Program-made: the position numbers and the translations under genes | In this document: piece by piece, positions 42,625 through 52,045 of the stretch | How positions within the stretch are numbered: the stretch's first letter is position 1 | How the letters are laid out: every line of letters begins with the position of its first letter | NCBI GenBank assembly: GCA_965231105.1 | Contig: OZ246417.1 | Coordinates: 384,908-448,907 of the forward strand | Direction: 5' to 3' | DNA: 64,000 nucleotides | Source: an uncultured Candidatus Saccharibacteria bacterium | GTDB taxonomy: Bacteria; Patescibacteriota; Saccharimonadia; Saccharimonadales; JACDBH01 | Notes under the pieces: generated by a model | What the model saw: only the letters and a program-made list of their open reading frames with translations | Database searches by the model: none | Told to the model about the DNA's origin: nothing

Positions 42625-44408
42625 TAGTTTGTCGTAGCCCGTTCCGTACGTATCATCCAGTCCTGAACAGACGCAAAACGATCAGCAGGCGTGTTGATAG
42701 CCCGAACATTGAAGTTATAAAGCGCCCCACGCGTCACATACAAGAATCGTGGCTGATACAGTGAAATTGCTGGTACGTCATTACGCCAGGCATCAACAAA
42801 CGGTTTGTACTTCGCAATACGCAGCGGTGGGTCAATACGAGTCCTACCTGCAATCAGTGCTTCGTCGGCGGCACTTGATTTATAGTCTGAGAAATTCAGC
42901 CTTCGTTCTGCACGTACATCGGCCTGAGAACTATGCCAGTATGCAAACTGGTCAGAATCCAGCCCTTGTGAAATACCGTAAAGCAACACAGCATACGAAC
43001 GGTTATTAATAGCATCTTGCAATTCTCGTTGATCCAGCGATGATACTACAAGCTCAACTCCTGCTTGTTTCCATTGTTTTTGCAACAAGCTGGCAATATT
43101 TGCATATTCCACATTGGTAAGGGTGTTGAGGTTCAGGGCTAGTTTATTGCCACCCTTAACCCGAATACCATCTTCTCCTACTAACCAGCCCGCCTGATCA
43201 AGCAGAGATTGTGCTTTTGCCAGATCAAAACCCTGTTGGCGAGCAGCGGGATCATAACCGAGCATACCTTTTAAGAATGGCTGGTAGGACGCAATGCTTG
43301 GGTATGGAAGGGCTGAGAGAATTTCCTGCTGGTTTGTTGCAGCTGCCAATGCCTGGCGTACTTTTTGGTCGGTGAGATAATCATGCGTGGTTCTCAGGAA
43401 CACCATCACCGTACCGGTCATAGGAATATTATGTTCGGTAATATCGAGCTTTTCTTTCTGCTCATCGGTTGCTTCTTGAAGACCAGCCATGGCCGTGAGT
43501 TCACCGTTTTCAAAGCTACCGATCATGCGCTGCTCATTTAAGAAGGTGCGGATAATAAGTTCATTCAATTTTGGTCTGCCAACATAGTAATCGGAGTTAG
43601 GCACTAACGAAACTCGCTGTTCGCGGTTATCAGCACTTCCACCACGCACTTCAACGCTGTTCCACTTAAAAGGACCTGTCCCCACCGGCTCAACGGTATT
43701 AAACAGTGAACTACGAAAACTGCTTACCCCAACGCCTTCTAATAAATGCGCGGGCAAGATACCGTTGGTGAGTGAGTACGGGAACGAAGCCAGTACGTTC
43801 GGGAGCGTGAAGACCACCGTATAGTCATCGGGAGCCTCTACTTTAATTCCCTGCCAGCTTGAGAACAGCGGTGACTTCACATCAGGATTTTGAATAATGT
43901 TATAGGTAAAGACAACGTCCTTTGCGGTGAACTTCACCTTATCATGCCACACCACATCATCTCGAAGCTTTGCAGTATACACCTTCCCTACCGCATCCGG
44001 CGTGAGGCTTACCGCTAAATCACCCACAAAACGGTTATCGGCGTTGTAGGTCATAAGACCCGAGAACACGAGCCGTGACACAGCACTGTCTACATCGTTC
44101 GTTGCAAAGATCGGATTAGCGTTCGTGAATGTTCCCACAATGCCTTCAGAATAAATACCACCCGCTAACGGCTGAATGGTCTGGAAGTAGCTTCCGAGCG
44201 CCCGGGTCTGGATAACGGTCGCACCCATTAAAAGAACAATTAAAAGCACCCAGGATAACAGAAAGCGACGGACCTCATATAAACGACCTAATCGTCTAAA
44301 AAAATGACGATCAAGATGCTCTTCGGTTGTGGAACCGATATCTTCGAGCTGGCGCTGGCGTCGTCGTACCCGGCGGCGCCATCTTAACTTAGTTGTGCGA
44401 TCGATCAT
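42624..44408 (-). CDS. ABC-transporter substrate-binding protein, family 5 (peptide/nickel type), membrane-anchored
   Basis: 594 aa with an Arg-rich N-terminus and the TM span LLSWVLLIVLLMGATVI. The body is typical of SBP_bac_5 (FKWNSVE..., LLYGISQGLDSDQFAYWHSSQ). Confidence 0.8.
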   Translation of the reverse strand: MIDRTTKLRWRRRVRRRQRQLEDIGSTTEEHLDRHFFRRLGRLYEVRRFLLSWVLLIVLLMGATVIQTRALGSYFQTIQPLAGGIYSEGIVGTFTNANPIFATNDVDSAVSRLVFSGLMTYNADNRFVGDLAVSLTPDAVGKVYTAKLRDDVVWHDKVKFTAKDVVFTYNIIQNPDVKSPLFSSWQGIKVEAPDDYTVVFTLPNVLASFPYSLTNGILPAHLLEGVGVSSFRSSLFNTVEPVGTGPFKWNSVEVRGGSADNREQRVSLVPNSDYYVGRPKLNELIIRTFLNEQRMIGSFENGELTAMAGLQEATDEQKEKLDITEHNIPMTGTVMVFLRTTHDYLTDQKVRQALAAATNQQEILSALPYPSIASYQPFLKGMLGYDPAARQQGFDLAKAQSLLDQAGWLVGEDGIRVKGGNKLALNLNTLTNVEYANIASLLQKQWKQAGVELVVSSLDQRELQDAINNRSYAVLLYGISQGLDSDQFAYWHSSQADVRAERRLNFSDYKSSAADEALIAGRTRIDPPLRIAKYKPFVDAWRNDVPAISLYQPRFLYVTRGALYNFNVRAINTPADRFASVQDWMIRTERATTN

Positions 44409-44445
44409 AGGCTTAGACTTCGTCCACCCTTGAGGCTATCGCCTC

Positions 44446-44658
44446 TTATTCGAACAGGTTATACAATAGCGATAAAGCAAACACGACCACCAAAAAAATT
44501 GTTATTGAGTGCAGGCTCTTATCCGAACCACGGCGAACAGTGTTTACCTCACCACCGCCTCCAAGACCCGCACCTAATGAAGCACCTCGAGTCTGGATCA
44601 AGATGAGCAGTGTTACGAGTGCTGCGCTACCGAACGTAATATAGTTTGCAATTGTCAT
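44446..44658 (-). CDS. secG: preprotein translocase subunit SecG
   Basis: 70 aa. LLILIQTRGASLGAGLGGGGE plus a second TM are typical of SecG. Confidence 0.8.
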   Translation of the reverse strand: MTIANYITFGSAALVTLLILIQTRGASLGAGLGGGGEVNTVRRGSDKSLHSITIFLVVVFALSLLYNLFE

Positions 44659-45026
44659 ACATCCTCCACGATTGTGGTTACCAAATAGTTTACCAAGCCG
44701 ATGATCACCCCGGCAAGCATGGCCGCACCAAAACTGGTTACTTCAAGGGGTTGATACAGCTTGCTCGCTAACATTACCATCAGACCATTGATAACGATCA
44801 TAAATAAACCAAGACTAAACAGAATTGCAGGTAGGCTTAATAAAACCACGAAAGGCTTAATAACCGTATTAACCGCCGCAAGAATAAGACCTGAGATAAC
44901 AATCACGCCAAGGCGGCTATTGTATGTGATACGGCCGTCTAAGAAACCAGCGGCAATCCATAGCCCCAATGAACAAACAAACCAACGCAATAAAAATCGA
45001 TTAAATGGCCGTTTCATCTCTTTCAT
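44655..45026 (-). CDS. 4-TM membrane protein of the holin-4_2 (YvlD-like) family
   Basis: 123 aa. GLILAAVNTVIKPFVVLLSLPAILFSLGLFMIVINGLMV matches this widely chromosomal family. Confidence 0.65.
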   Translation of the reverse strand: MKEMKRPFNRFLLRWFVCSLGLWIAAGFLDGRITYNSRLGVIVISGLILAAVNTVIKPFVVLLSLPAILFSLGLFMIVINGLMVMLASKLYQPLEVTSFGAAMLAGVIIGLVNYLVTTIVEDV

Positions 45027-45036
45027 TAATTGTAGG

Positions 45037-46254
45037 TTATATCAGAGATGACGGCAAGGCAGCGCTTAAGATTGTATTGCCTGTTTTCGTTATGACAATA
45101 TCGTCCTCGATACGGATACCAATGCCCTCTTCAGGAATATAGATACCCGGTTCAACCGTTAACACCATACCGGGTTCAAGCGGACGCTCGTAATCGGCGC
45201 TATCATGCGTATCAAGACCGAGATGGTGTGATGTTAAATGCGGATAGTATTTCTTTAGTTTCTTACGATCCTTAATGTCGTCTAGAAGCCCAAGAGTTTG
45301 CAGTTCTTTTGCCATCGCTTCATCAACTGCCTGTTCATATGCTCTTAAAGTGGCGCCCGGTTTTAAGAGATCATAGGCCACCTGTTGCACGCGCATAACA
45401 GCTTTATAGATCGCTTCTTGCCGCGCGGTAGGCTTCGCAAGTGCAAAGGTACGAGTAATATCAGCGCTGTAGTTTTCTACTTCTGCACCAACATCGAGCA
45501 ATAAGAGCTGTGAAGCATCGAGCTTGCCTTTGTTATCAATGTAATGAATAGTGGCGGCATTCTGACCGCAGGCCACAATCGGTTGATAGGCATGTCCCAT
45601 AGCACCCCGCGATATAAAGCCGTGCGAAATATCGGCAACCACTTGGTATTCGTATGTATAGGACGAAAGTCGTTTTCGTACATCTTCTAATGTCTCTGCA
45701 GTAATATCTATTGCCCGCTGAAGTACCGCCAGCTCAACTGGCTGTTTAATTTGCCGCATGCTCGCAAGTACTTTCCTTATATCAACAATCTCAAGCGAAC
45801 GATGTTTTCTTAACGCTTCAAGTAAAACAAGGCGGGCCGGATTGGCATAAAAGCCAAAATGCTCAAAATAGCGTTCTTCCGTGAGTGGCGTGTGAGCTTT
45901 CTTGGCTTTCTTAATCAGCATATCGAGCTTGGTCCAGCCAGCATGATGCTCAATAAACTGATCAATTCCAGAAATGTTCGTGAGTGCTTTTTTATCAATG
46001 GCACCATCCCATAAATCCCGATGTTCAGCACGCTTTGGTTCAATCAAAAAAGTTTCGCCTGGCGTAATAACCAATACAAAATCTGCTTCATTAATGCCGG
46101 TTAAATACCAAAAGTTACTGTCCTGGCGAAATGAAAAGGTTGTATCAGCGCTGCGCTGTAGCTGACCGTTTGCGGTTATAACAATTAATGGGGATTGAGT
46201 TACTTCTAACAGGCGCTGACGATTACTCTCAAAAAACTCACGGGTAAATTGCAT
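45037..46254 (-). CDS. Xaa-Pro aminopeptidase (M24B)
   Basis: 405 aa with metal-ligand blocks LLLDVGAEVENYSADITRTF, HHLGLDTHD, VLTVEPGIY and GIRIEDDIVIT. Confidence 0.88.
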   Translation of the reverse strand: MQFTREFFESNRQRLLEVTQSPLIVITANGQLQRSADTTFSFRQDSNFWYLTGINEADFVLVITPGETFLIEPKRAEHRDLWDGAIDKKALTNISGIDQFIEHHAGWTKLDMLIKKAKKAHTPLTEERYFEHFGFYANPARLVLLEALRKHRSLEIVDIRKVLASMRQIKQPVELAVLQRAIDITAETLEDVRKRLSSYTYEYQVVADISHGFISRGAMGHAYQPIVACGQNAATIHYIDNKGKLDASQLLLLDVGAEVENYSADITRTFALAKPTARQEAIYKAVMRVQQVAYDLLKPGATLRAYEQAVDEAMAKELQTLGLLDDIKDRKKLKKYYPHLTSHHLGLDTHDSADYERPLEPGMVLTVEPGIYIPEEGIGIRIEDDIVITKTGNTILSAALPSSLI

Positions 46255-46263
46255 ATTGCCTGA

Positions 46264-47763
46264 TTATACAGATTTCCGGTTCGCGCGTAAGTATTGCCTT
46301 AAAATTACAGCCTTTTTAGGCCCTACAACTTTTTCTAATTCCCAGTCCCGTGCTTGCTCGATACCTTTATAACTTCCGAAAGTGCGAAGTAGTTTCTTGC
46401 GTGTCGTTGGACCAATGGTCGGGATGTCATCAAGCATACTGCTCACCTGCCGTTTTACTTTCAAAACCGAGTGATAGCTTACCGCAAAGCGATGTGATTC
46501 ATCTCGAATGCGTTGCAGTAATTTCACTACGTGGGAATTATTTGGCAGATGCACAATCCAAAAATCATCACTTTCCATAATAGTACCGTGCAATTCTAGA
46601 GCCTTCTTCTCATTAAGATTGAGATATGGCCAATCTTTTTTAATAACAATTTCTTCAAACTGCTTAGCCAAACCAATAGCCGGAAGTTTAATGTCGTGTT
46701 CTTTTAGTACACTGAGCGCACTACTCAACTGCCCTTTACCGCCATCGATTAAATAAAGATTAGGCATGCCCCATTTCTTCACGTTTTCGTCATGAAGCCT
46801 GCGGGTCATAACTTCACGCATATGTGCAAAGTCATCATTACCTGGAAGACGCATTTTAAATTTACGGTATTGCCCTTTATCGGACACACCATTGGTAAAA
46901 ACCACCATACTTGCAACCGTATCCGTACCACTCATATGAGAGATGTCATAGCCTTCAATGCGACGAGGGATTTTATCAAGTCCGAGTAATTCTGTAAGGT
47001 CATTCAGTGCATGATCTCGGCTCAGATCGACATTTTCCCGATCGCTAAATATAACCTGCTTGTTCAAACTTCGGAGTGCAAAAAGCTGGTTTCGTAGTTT
47101 CGCTGCTTCTTCAAAGTTTTTGTGTTTTGCAGCTTGTTTCATTTCTTTTTCAAGCTGGTTGGTAAGCTGCACCCGCTCGCCCTTGAGATACATAATCAGC
47201 TTTTTGAGCGTATCTTTATATGTCCTACTATCAAGTTCGCCGGTTTCTGGTCCGGGACAAAGCCCTAAGTGATATTGCAAACAGGCCCGCTTTGGTAAAA
47301 CCGTATGAATAGAATATGGAAAGATTTTTCGTAAGTATTTCAGTGCTCGTTTAAGACTAAAGGCACTCAAGTAGGGACCATAATAGGTTGCGCCATCATC
47401 AAGCGGTCGACGGGTAAACGTTATGCTCGGATACTCATTCTTCATATCGATCCGCACATAGGTACTCGACTTATCGTCACGTAAAAGAATGTTATATTGC
47501 GGCATATAGCGCCGTATCATTTCGGCTTCTAAGAACAAGGCTTCTATTTCACTTTCAACTTCGATCCAATCGACATCAACAATTTCCGCAACTAATGCTT
47601 CGGTTTTTGGATCACGATTGCGAGAAGCTTGAAAATACTGGCGTACACGATTACGTAGTACTGCTGCTTTTCCCACATAAATAATTTCCCCGTGGCGATT
47701 TTTATGAAAATACACGCCCGGGTTTTTGGGTAGGTTCAGTAATTTTTCTTGCAGTTGCGTCAT
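46264..47763 (-). CDS. uvrC: excinuclease ABC subunit C
   Basis: The start was set at MTQLQEKLLNLPKNPGVYFHK (GIY-YIG). The UVR domain, an RNase-H-like endonuclease region and a C-terminal HhH are present. The ORF-track 31-aa extension was rejected. Confidence 0.92.
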   Translation of the reverse strand: MTQLQEKLLNLPKNPGVYFHKNRHGEIIYVGKAAVLRNRVRQYFQASRNRDPKTEALVAEIVDVDWIEVESEIEALFLEAEMIRRYMPQYNILLRDDKSSTYVRIDMKNEYPSITFTRRPLDDGATYYGPYLSAFSLKRALKYLRKIFPYSIHTVLPKRACLQYHLGLCPGPETGELDSRTYKDTLKKLIMYLKGERVQLTNQLEKEMKQAAKHKNFEEAAKLRNQLFALRSLNKQVIFSDRENVDLSRDHALNDLTELLGLDKIPRRIEGYDISHMSGTDTVASMVVFTNGVSDKGQYRKFKMRLPGNDDFAHMREVMTRRLHDENVKKWGMPNLYLIDGGKGQLSSALSVLKEHDIKLPAIGLAKQFEEIVIKKDWPYLNLNEKKALELHGTIMESDDFWIVHLPNNSHVVKLLQRIRDESHRFAVSYHSVLKVKRQVSSMLDDIPTIGPTTRKKLLRTFGSYKGIEQARDWELEKVVGPKKAVILRQYLRANRKSV

Positions 47764-47854
47764 AGATAATATGCTTATGTAGTATATCAGGAACAGAGAA
47801 GATATGAAGATACTGATTTTGCTTAAAACTCGAAAGCGGTAAATAATACACGGC

Positions 47855-49915
47855 ATGGAAAAAGAGTATGGGTTTGTCCGTCGGCACTGGAAGTTCTTTG
47901 GTGGACTCAGTCTTGTTGCCGGCAGCGTGGGGGCTGGCGTTGCCTATCTTAACCATGAACTACACAGCGCTGAAGGATTAGGGCCTTTGCCGCCAGAACT
48001 AACTGAAGGAACGGTTGGGCAAGAATCCTACATATGTTTTAGCGAAGTGCCTAATTGTGATGGTTCAACTGCACTGGCTGTTTTATCAAGTGGCGGCAAC
48101 ATGGTACCGCGGCCACTCGATCAAATCGATGACGATCTTGAGCATGCCGTTGTTGCCGTCGAAGATCAACGCTTCTTTGAACATGACGGCGTTGATAACC
48201 CAAGTATTGTTCGCGCTATCCTTGCAAACGGCTGGGCCTCAATTAAAGACAGAAGCCCCACAATCAGCCAAGGTGCGTCGACTATAGAAATGCAGCTGGC
48301 TCGCAATCTCTTTCTAGGCGATCGCCCTACTAATGACTTTTCTCGTAAAACCTGGGAAGCAGAACAGGCACTAAAATTAAACCGTGATTATACAAAACCG
48401 CAGATCTTAGAAAAGTATTTAAATGTCGTGAACTACGGTCGGGGTGCATACAGTGCCGAAACAGCATCGCTAATGTATTTCGGCAAACCGGCCAGTGACT
48501 TAACGTTTGTTGAAGCAGCAACGCTCGCCGCAACCGTACAAAGTCCCGATAGCTACGATGGCAGCAGTGATCCTAACAAAGACGTAAATCAGAGAGCTGC
48601 CTTAGAAAGTCGTCGTAATGAAGTTATCGATAATATGGCCGAACAAGGCTATATAACAGCTGAAGAATACGATGCATTTAAGAATGGCACGAACCCCCAG
48701 GTCGAACTTGATACGTATGTGCTGCCCTACCAAACCTATCCGATTAGCTTTTCGATCGACTACGCGAAAGCGAATGAAATTGGTGCTCGACACTATCTCG
48801 ACATGCTTTTAAGTGAGGTGCGAGAACGTTCAGGATACAGCGAGGTTGACCTGACAAAAAACCTTCGCATTAATACGACTTTAAGTTTAGAAGTCCAGAC
48901 TAATACACATGATGCCATTCAAAATGGCACGTATACACGAGATGGCAGACAAATTGCTGCCGTTGTACTTCGTCAGGACGGTAGCATTGCCGCACTCTAT
49001 GGCGGTGATTATCAGACACTTCAAGTTAATCTCGCAACCACTCCTGTTGTTACTGGCTCGGGCGATAAGCCCTGGGCCTATGTGTCACAATTTGAATCAG
49101 GTGCTATTAACTTAGATTCTACGTTTCCAGATCCACCAGCTTTTACCTGGGAAGGTGGCGATAACGGCAAGGACTGGGTGGTTCGAAGTGGTAATTATTG
49201 CGCCTCCGATGCTTCGTGCACAGTGCGTGAAGCGGTAGCAAAGTCATCGAACATGGTGATACTGCAGGCCATGGAAAATGCTGGGCAACCTGGTTTAGAC
49301 CGGATGGATCAGCTCATGGATGCATTTGGTATACCAAGTGAAACACCGCCCACACCCGCAATCATCCTCGGTTCGCGCGAAGCTACCCTCTTGGATCGTA
49401 CGGCTGGTATGAACGGGCTACTTGCAAACAGCGGAAAGTCCGTACCGCATCGATTGCTTAATAGTATTTGTGCGGATGAAAATGGTGGTGGTATCGACCC
49501 CGCAATTACCAGTCCCGTATGTGCAGATAGCGATGAACAGCTCGCGGTAAAGTTCGATTATGCCTCTCCTCAGTGGGGCGCAGCTGCTCCTCAGCAAGTT
49601 ATTGCACCAGAAATTGCCGAAGCTGTTATTGAAGCATTACGTGGCCCAATCAGAAACGGTACTGCTTCAGGTAACTTAGGTGATTTTCCTACCGATGCAG
49701 CCGGTAAAACCGGAACGCATGATAATAATGTTATGGCAGCCTTCATCGGCTCTGCATGTTTCCGAGACGGCAACATGACCATCGGCATATTGGAACGATA
49801 CCCAGACCGTCTCGCATCGTTAGGCGACGGCGAAACAGGCGGGAAAGTACCTGCTCAGATTTTTAGAGCTATTGGCCTACCACTTGTCGGTGATATGTGT
49901 TCGCTAAACGGTTAG
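47855..49915 (+). CDS. class A penicillin-binding protein (GT51 transglycosylase + transpeptidase)
   Basis: 686 aa with N-terminal TM. GT51 motifs AVVAVEDQRFFEHDGVD and GASTIEMQLARN. Transpeptidase motifs SGDK, SSN and KTGT. Confidence 0.9.
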   Translation: MEKEYGFVRRHWKFFGGLSLVAGSVGAGVAYLNHELHSAEGLGPLPPELTEGTVGQESYICFSEVPNCDGSTALAVLSSGGNMVPRPLDQIDDDLEHAVVAVEDQRFFEHDGVDNPSIVRAILANGWASIKDRSPTISQGASTIEMQLARNLFLGDRPTNDFSRKTWEAEQALKLNRDYTKPQILEKYLNVVNYGRGAYSAETASLMYFGKPASDLTFVEAATLAATVQSPDSYDGSSDPNKDVNQRAALESRRNEVIDNMAEQGYITAEEYDAFKNGTNPQVELDTYVLPYQTYPISFSIDYAKANEIGARHYLDMLLSEVRERSGYSEVDLTKNLRINTTLSLEVQTNTHDAIQNGTYTRDGRQIAAVVLRQDGSIAALYGGDYQTLQVNLATTPVVTGSGDKPWAYVSQFESGAINLDSTFPDPPAFTWEGGDNGKDWVVRSGNYCASDASCTVREAVAKSSNMVILQAMENAGQPGLDRMDQLMDAFGIPSETPPTPAIILGSREATLLDRTAGMNGLLANSGKSVPHRLLNSICADENGGGIDPAITSPVCADSDEQLAVKFDYASPQWGAAAPQQVIAPEIAEAVIEALRGPIRNGTASGNLGDFPTDAAGKTGTHDNNVMAAFIGSACFRDGNMTIGILERYPDRLASLGDGETGGKVPAQIFRAIGLPLVGDMCSLNG

Positions 49916-51879
49916 TCTTCAGAGGAACCGGTTTCAATGGCGAGAGTTTCTTCACCAGTGCCAAGGGCTACAGTATTTTGAACGGCAACATTCAGACCCT
50001 TGAGCGCTTCGAGAATCTGCTCATTTCGCTCACGAAGGTCACTAGCGCTGGTGCCTGCTACAAGCTCAACCAATTGGGTAGTAAAGTCCGTAACACGTCG
50101 CTGCTGTGACTGAATTTGATCGATAGCGGCACGTCGTTCCCGGACGTCATTCACCACAAGTTTATGTCCCTCACGTAATGGATCGCGCGGATCGGCAAAG
50201 GCTCTATTGTCGCCCCTTTGAATCTTGTCATGGGCCCAGGAAAAACCAGTTGGCGTAAGATGCCAGGCATTAACAGCAAACTCAATCACATTGTCTTCTG
50301 CCATCACTGGTAATTCACGGGTATTTCGAATCGTGAATGGTAGGTCACTATTCCGATGCACCATAGTCTTTGATTCGTATCCAGGCACGAGTGGGTGATG
50401 AACAAATACGAGATAGCCACCTTCCGCTGAAGGATCAACGCTTTCTGCATCACTGGTAGTAATGAGGGCAACAAATGCTCCATGGCCAAAGCCTTCAACA
50501 TTCACAATGTTGCCGCTGTTCACGCCACCGGCATATTTAATAAGGGCATCAATTGCATCAGGTTTACCAGTTTTCTCCAAGGGAATATAAATACCGAATT
50601 CTGATTTATTCTTTTTAAAGTAGTCGCTTTCAGGAATTCGAAGAGCCATAACGAGCTCGTCAAAGTCGTGCTCTGCTAATTCTTTGTCCTTGTGATCAGG
50701 ATGGCGATGCTCTACCGTGCCATCAGGCAATCTTCGAATATTGGTAAAGAACTTCTCATGCGCACTTGCCGAACTGCGCCTCGCAATATTTCTGCCTGCC
50801 TCAGCGATGAGGTCCCACGCGTCATCATTCGTGCACATATCTAATCTGATTGATCGATGGGATGAGAACGGACGTCGCTTTCGTTCATTACTATCAGGTT
50901 CGTAGCCAGAAATCTGCATGAGCTCCCGTCTTAGTTCATCACTTGCACCAGGCACTCTTCCTTCGATCAGATCGACGACAAGCCGTTTGCCTGAGCCCTC
51001 GGCAGTTTCAGCCGTTGCAAAGAGATTAAGATCATCGATATTCCCAAAACTTATCTGACCGTTCGCATGTGCATGCGCACGCTTGGTAACCATACCTGCG
51101 AACTCTCTTCCGAAGTCCATGAGAAGATCGGCCTCGTTAAAAACCGAAATAGATTCAAGTTCTGAGGACACAGTTCTGATAATTCCTGATTTCTTTTCTT
51201 CGAATAATAGGTCAAGTCTGGCACGTTCAATTTCTGCCGCTCGTAGCCTGTCCTGTTCGCGCTGAGCTTTTGCTTGTCGTTCCGCAAGCATACGCTGCAC
51301 TTCTCCTTCTGAAGGAGGGGCAAACGAAATAGGCTCTACTGAGGGTACTGGCACAGTTTCTACTGCTGATGAAACATACACCGGAGGGAATCCATTCGTG
51401 TCTGTAAAGCCAGGAGTATGCCGATCATCATCAAAAGCTTCTGTATCAGCCCCAAAATCATCACCATCTTCAGGCTGATCATCAAAGAGCACCGGAGACT
51501 GATCTTCTATAAGAGATGTTGATTCAGGGATATCATCAGCTGGCTCTTCAACGCCTTCTCTATCTGATTCGAGTTGCATAAGATGATCTCTGCCATTGCT
51601 GAACGCCCCTCGAGCGCGCTCCATAAAGCCTCGTCTTGGTGCAGCAATTTGCGCGTCTATGACATCGGTATGAGGTTCTGCATCCGGCTGAGTTATTTGC
51701 GGCACGTAACCCTCATCAAAGGTTACATCTACCATTGAGCTTGGTTCGATATCTAATTCTAAGTGCTGACCCTCTTCCCATGATCGTGCGAGTGAGTTGC
51801 CTGATTCTTGGCCATTTGATCCCGACTGCAGCGAGCGCCGCTCATCCCACCTATGTATTTGGCCGTTTTGTTCAGGCAT
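49912..51879 (-). CDS. orphan A: 655-aa cytoplasmic protein with acidic disordered N-terminus and coiled-coil
   Basis: The start was set at the ATG preceded by AGAGGAG (7-nt spacer) and by the TTGACA-17-TATAAC promoter. There is no hydrophobic span and no family recognised. About 200 aa are D/E/P-rich, followed by RMLAERQAKAQREQDRLRAAEIERARL. Confidence 0.75.
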   Translation of the reverse strand: MPEQNGQIHRWDERRSLQSGSNGQESGNSLARSWEEGQHLELDIEPSSMVDVTFDEGYVPQITQPDAEPHTDVIDAQIAAPRRGFMERARGAFSNGRDHLMQLESDREGVEEPADDIPESTSLIEDQSPVLFDDQPEDGDDFGADTEAFDDDRHTPGFTDTNGFPPVYVSSAVETVPVPSVEPISFAPPSEGEVQRMLAERQAKAQREQDRLRAAEIERARLDLLFEEKKSGIIRTVSSELESISVFNEADLLMDFGREFAGMVTKRAHAHANGQISFGNIDDLNLFATAETAEGSGKRLVVDLIEGRVPGASDELRRELMQISGYEPDSNERKRRPFSSHRSIRLDMCTNDDAWDLIAEAGRNIARRSSASAHEKFFTNIRRLPDGTVEHRHPDHKDKELAEHDFDELVMALRIPESDYFKKNKSEFGIYIPLEKTGKPDAIDALIKYAGGVNSGNIVNVEGFGHGAFVALITTSDAESVDPSAEGGYLVFVHHPLVPGYESKTMVHRNSDLPFTIRNTRELPVMAEDNVIEFAVNAWHLTPTGFSWAHDKIQRGDNRAFADPRDPLREGHKLVVNDVRERRAAIDQIQSQQRRVTDFTTQLVELVAGTSASDLRERNEQILEALKGLNVAVQNTVALGTGEETLAIETGSSED

Positions 51880-51906
51880 AGTCAAACTCCTCTTGTACGT
51901 AAGACC

Positions 51907-51957
51907 GTTATATTCTTTATTTGTAGTTTTGTCAACAAACGTAATAATATTTACAAT
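51907..51957. promoter_or_regulatory. back-to-back divergent promoters with overlapping -35 boxes
   Basis: The minus strand reads TTGACA (51930-51935)-17 nt-TATAAC (51907-51912), driving orphan A. The plus strand reads TTGTCA (51929-51934)-17 nt-TACAAT (51952-51957), driving orphan B with a leader of about 80 nt. Confidence 0.5.
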
Positions 51958-52045
51958 TAACTTGCAATAGCAATGTGGATGTGTTTCCCTAATTACATAA
52001 GAGCGGTAGCTTATATTTAGTGTTGGCGAAATTCGGAGGAGCGTC

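Noticed and set aside
44655-45026. Holin-family gene as evidence for a prophage
   Set aside because: This 4-TM family is commonly chromosomal. Its neighbours are secG and a peptidase, and there are no phage structural, terminase or lysin genes nearby.
47764-47856. 31-aa N-terminal extension of uvrC
   Set aside because: It is hydrophobic nonsense (MPCIIYRFRVLSKISIFISSLFLIYYISILS). The GIY-YIG domain begins at MTQLQEKLLNLPKNPGVYF.
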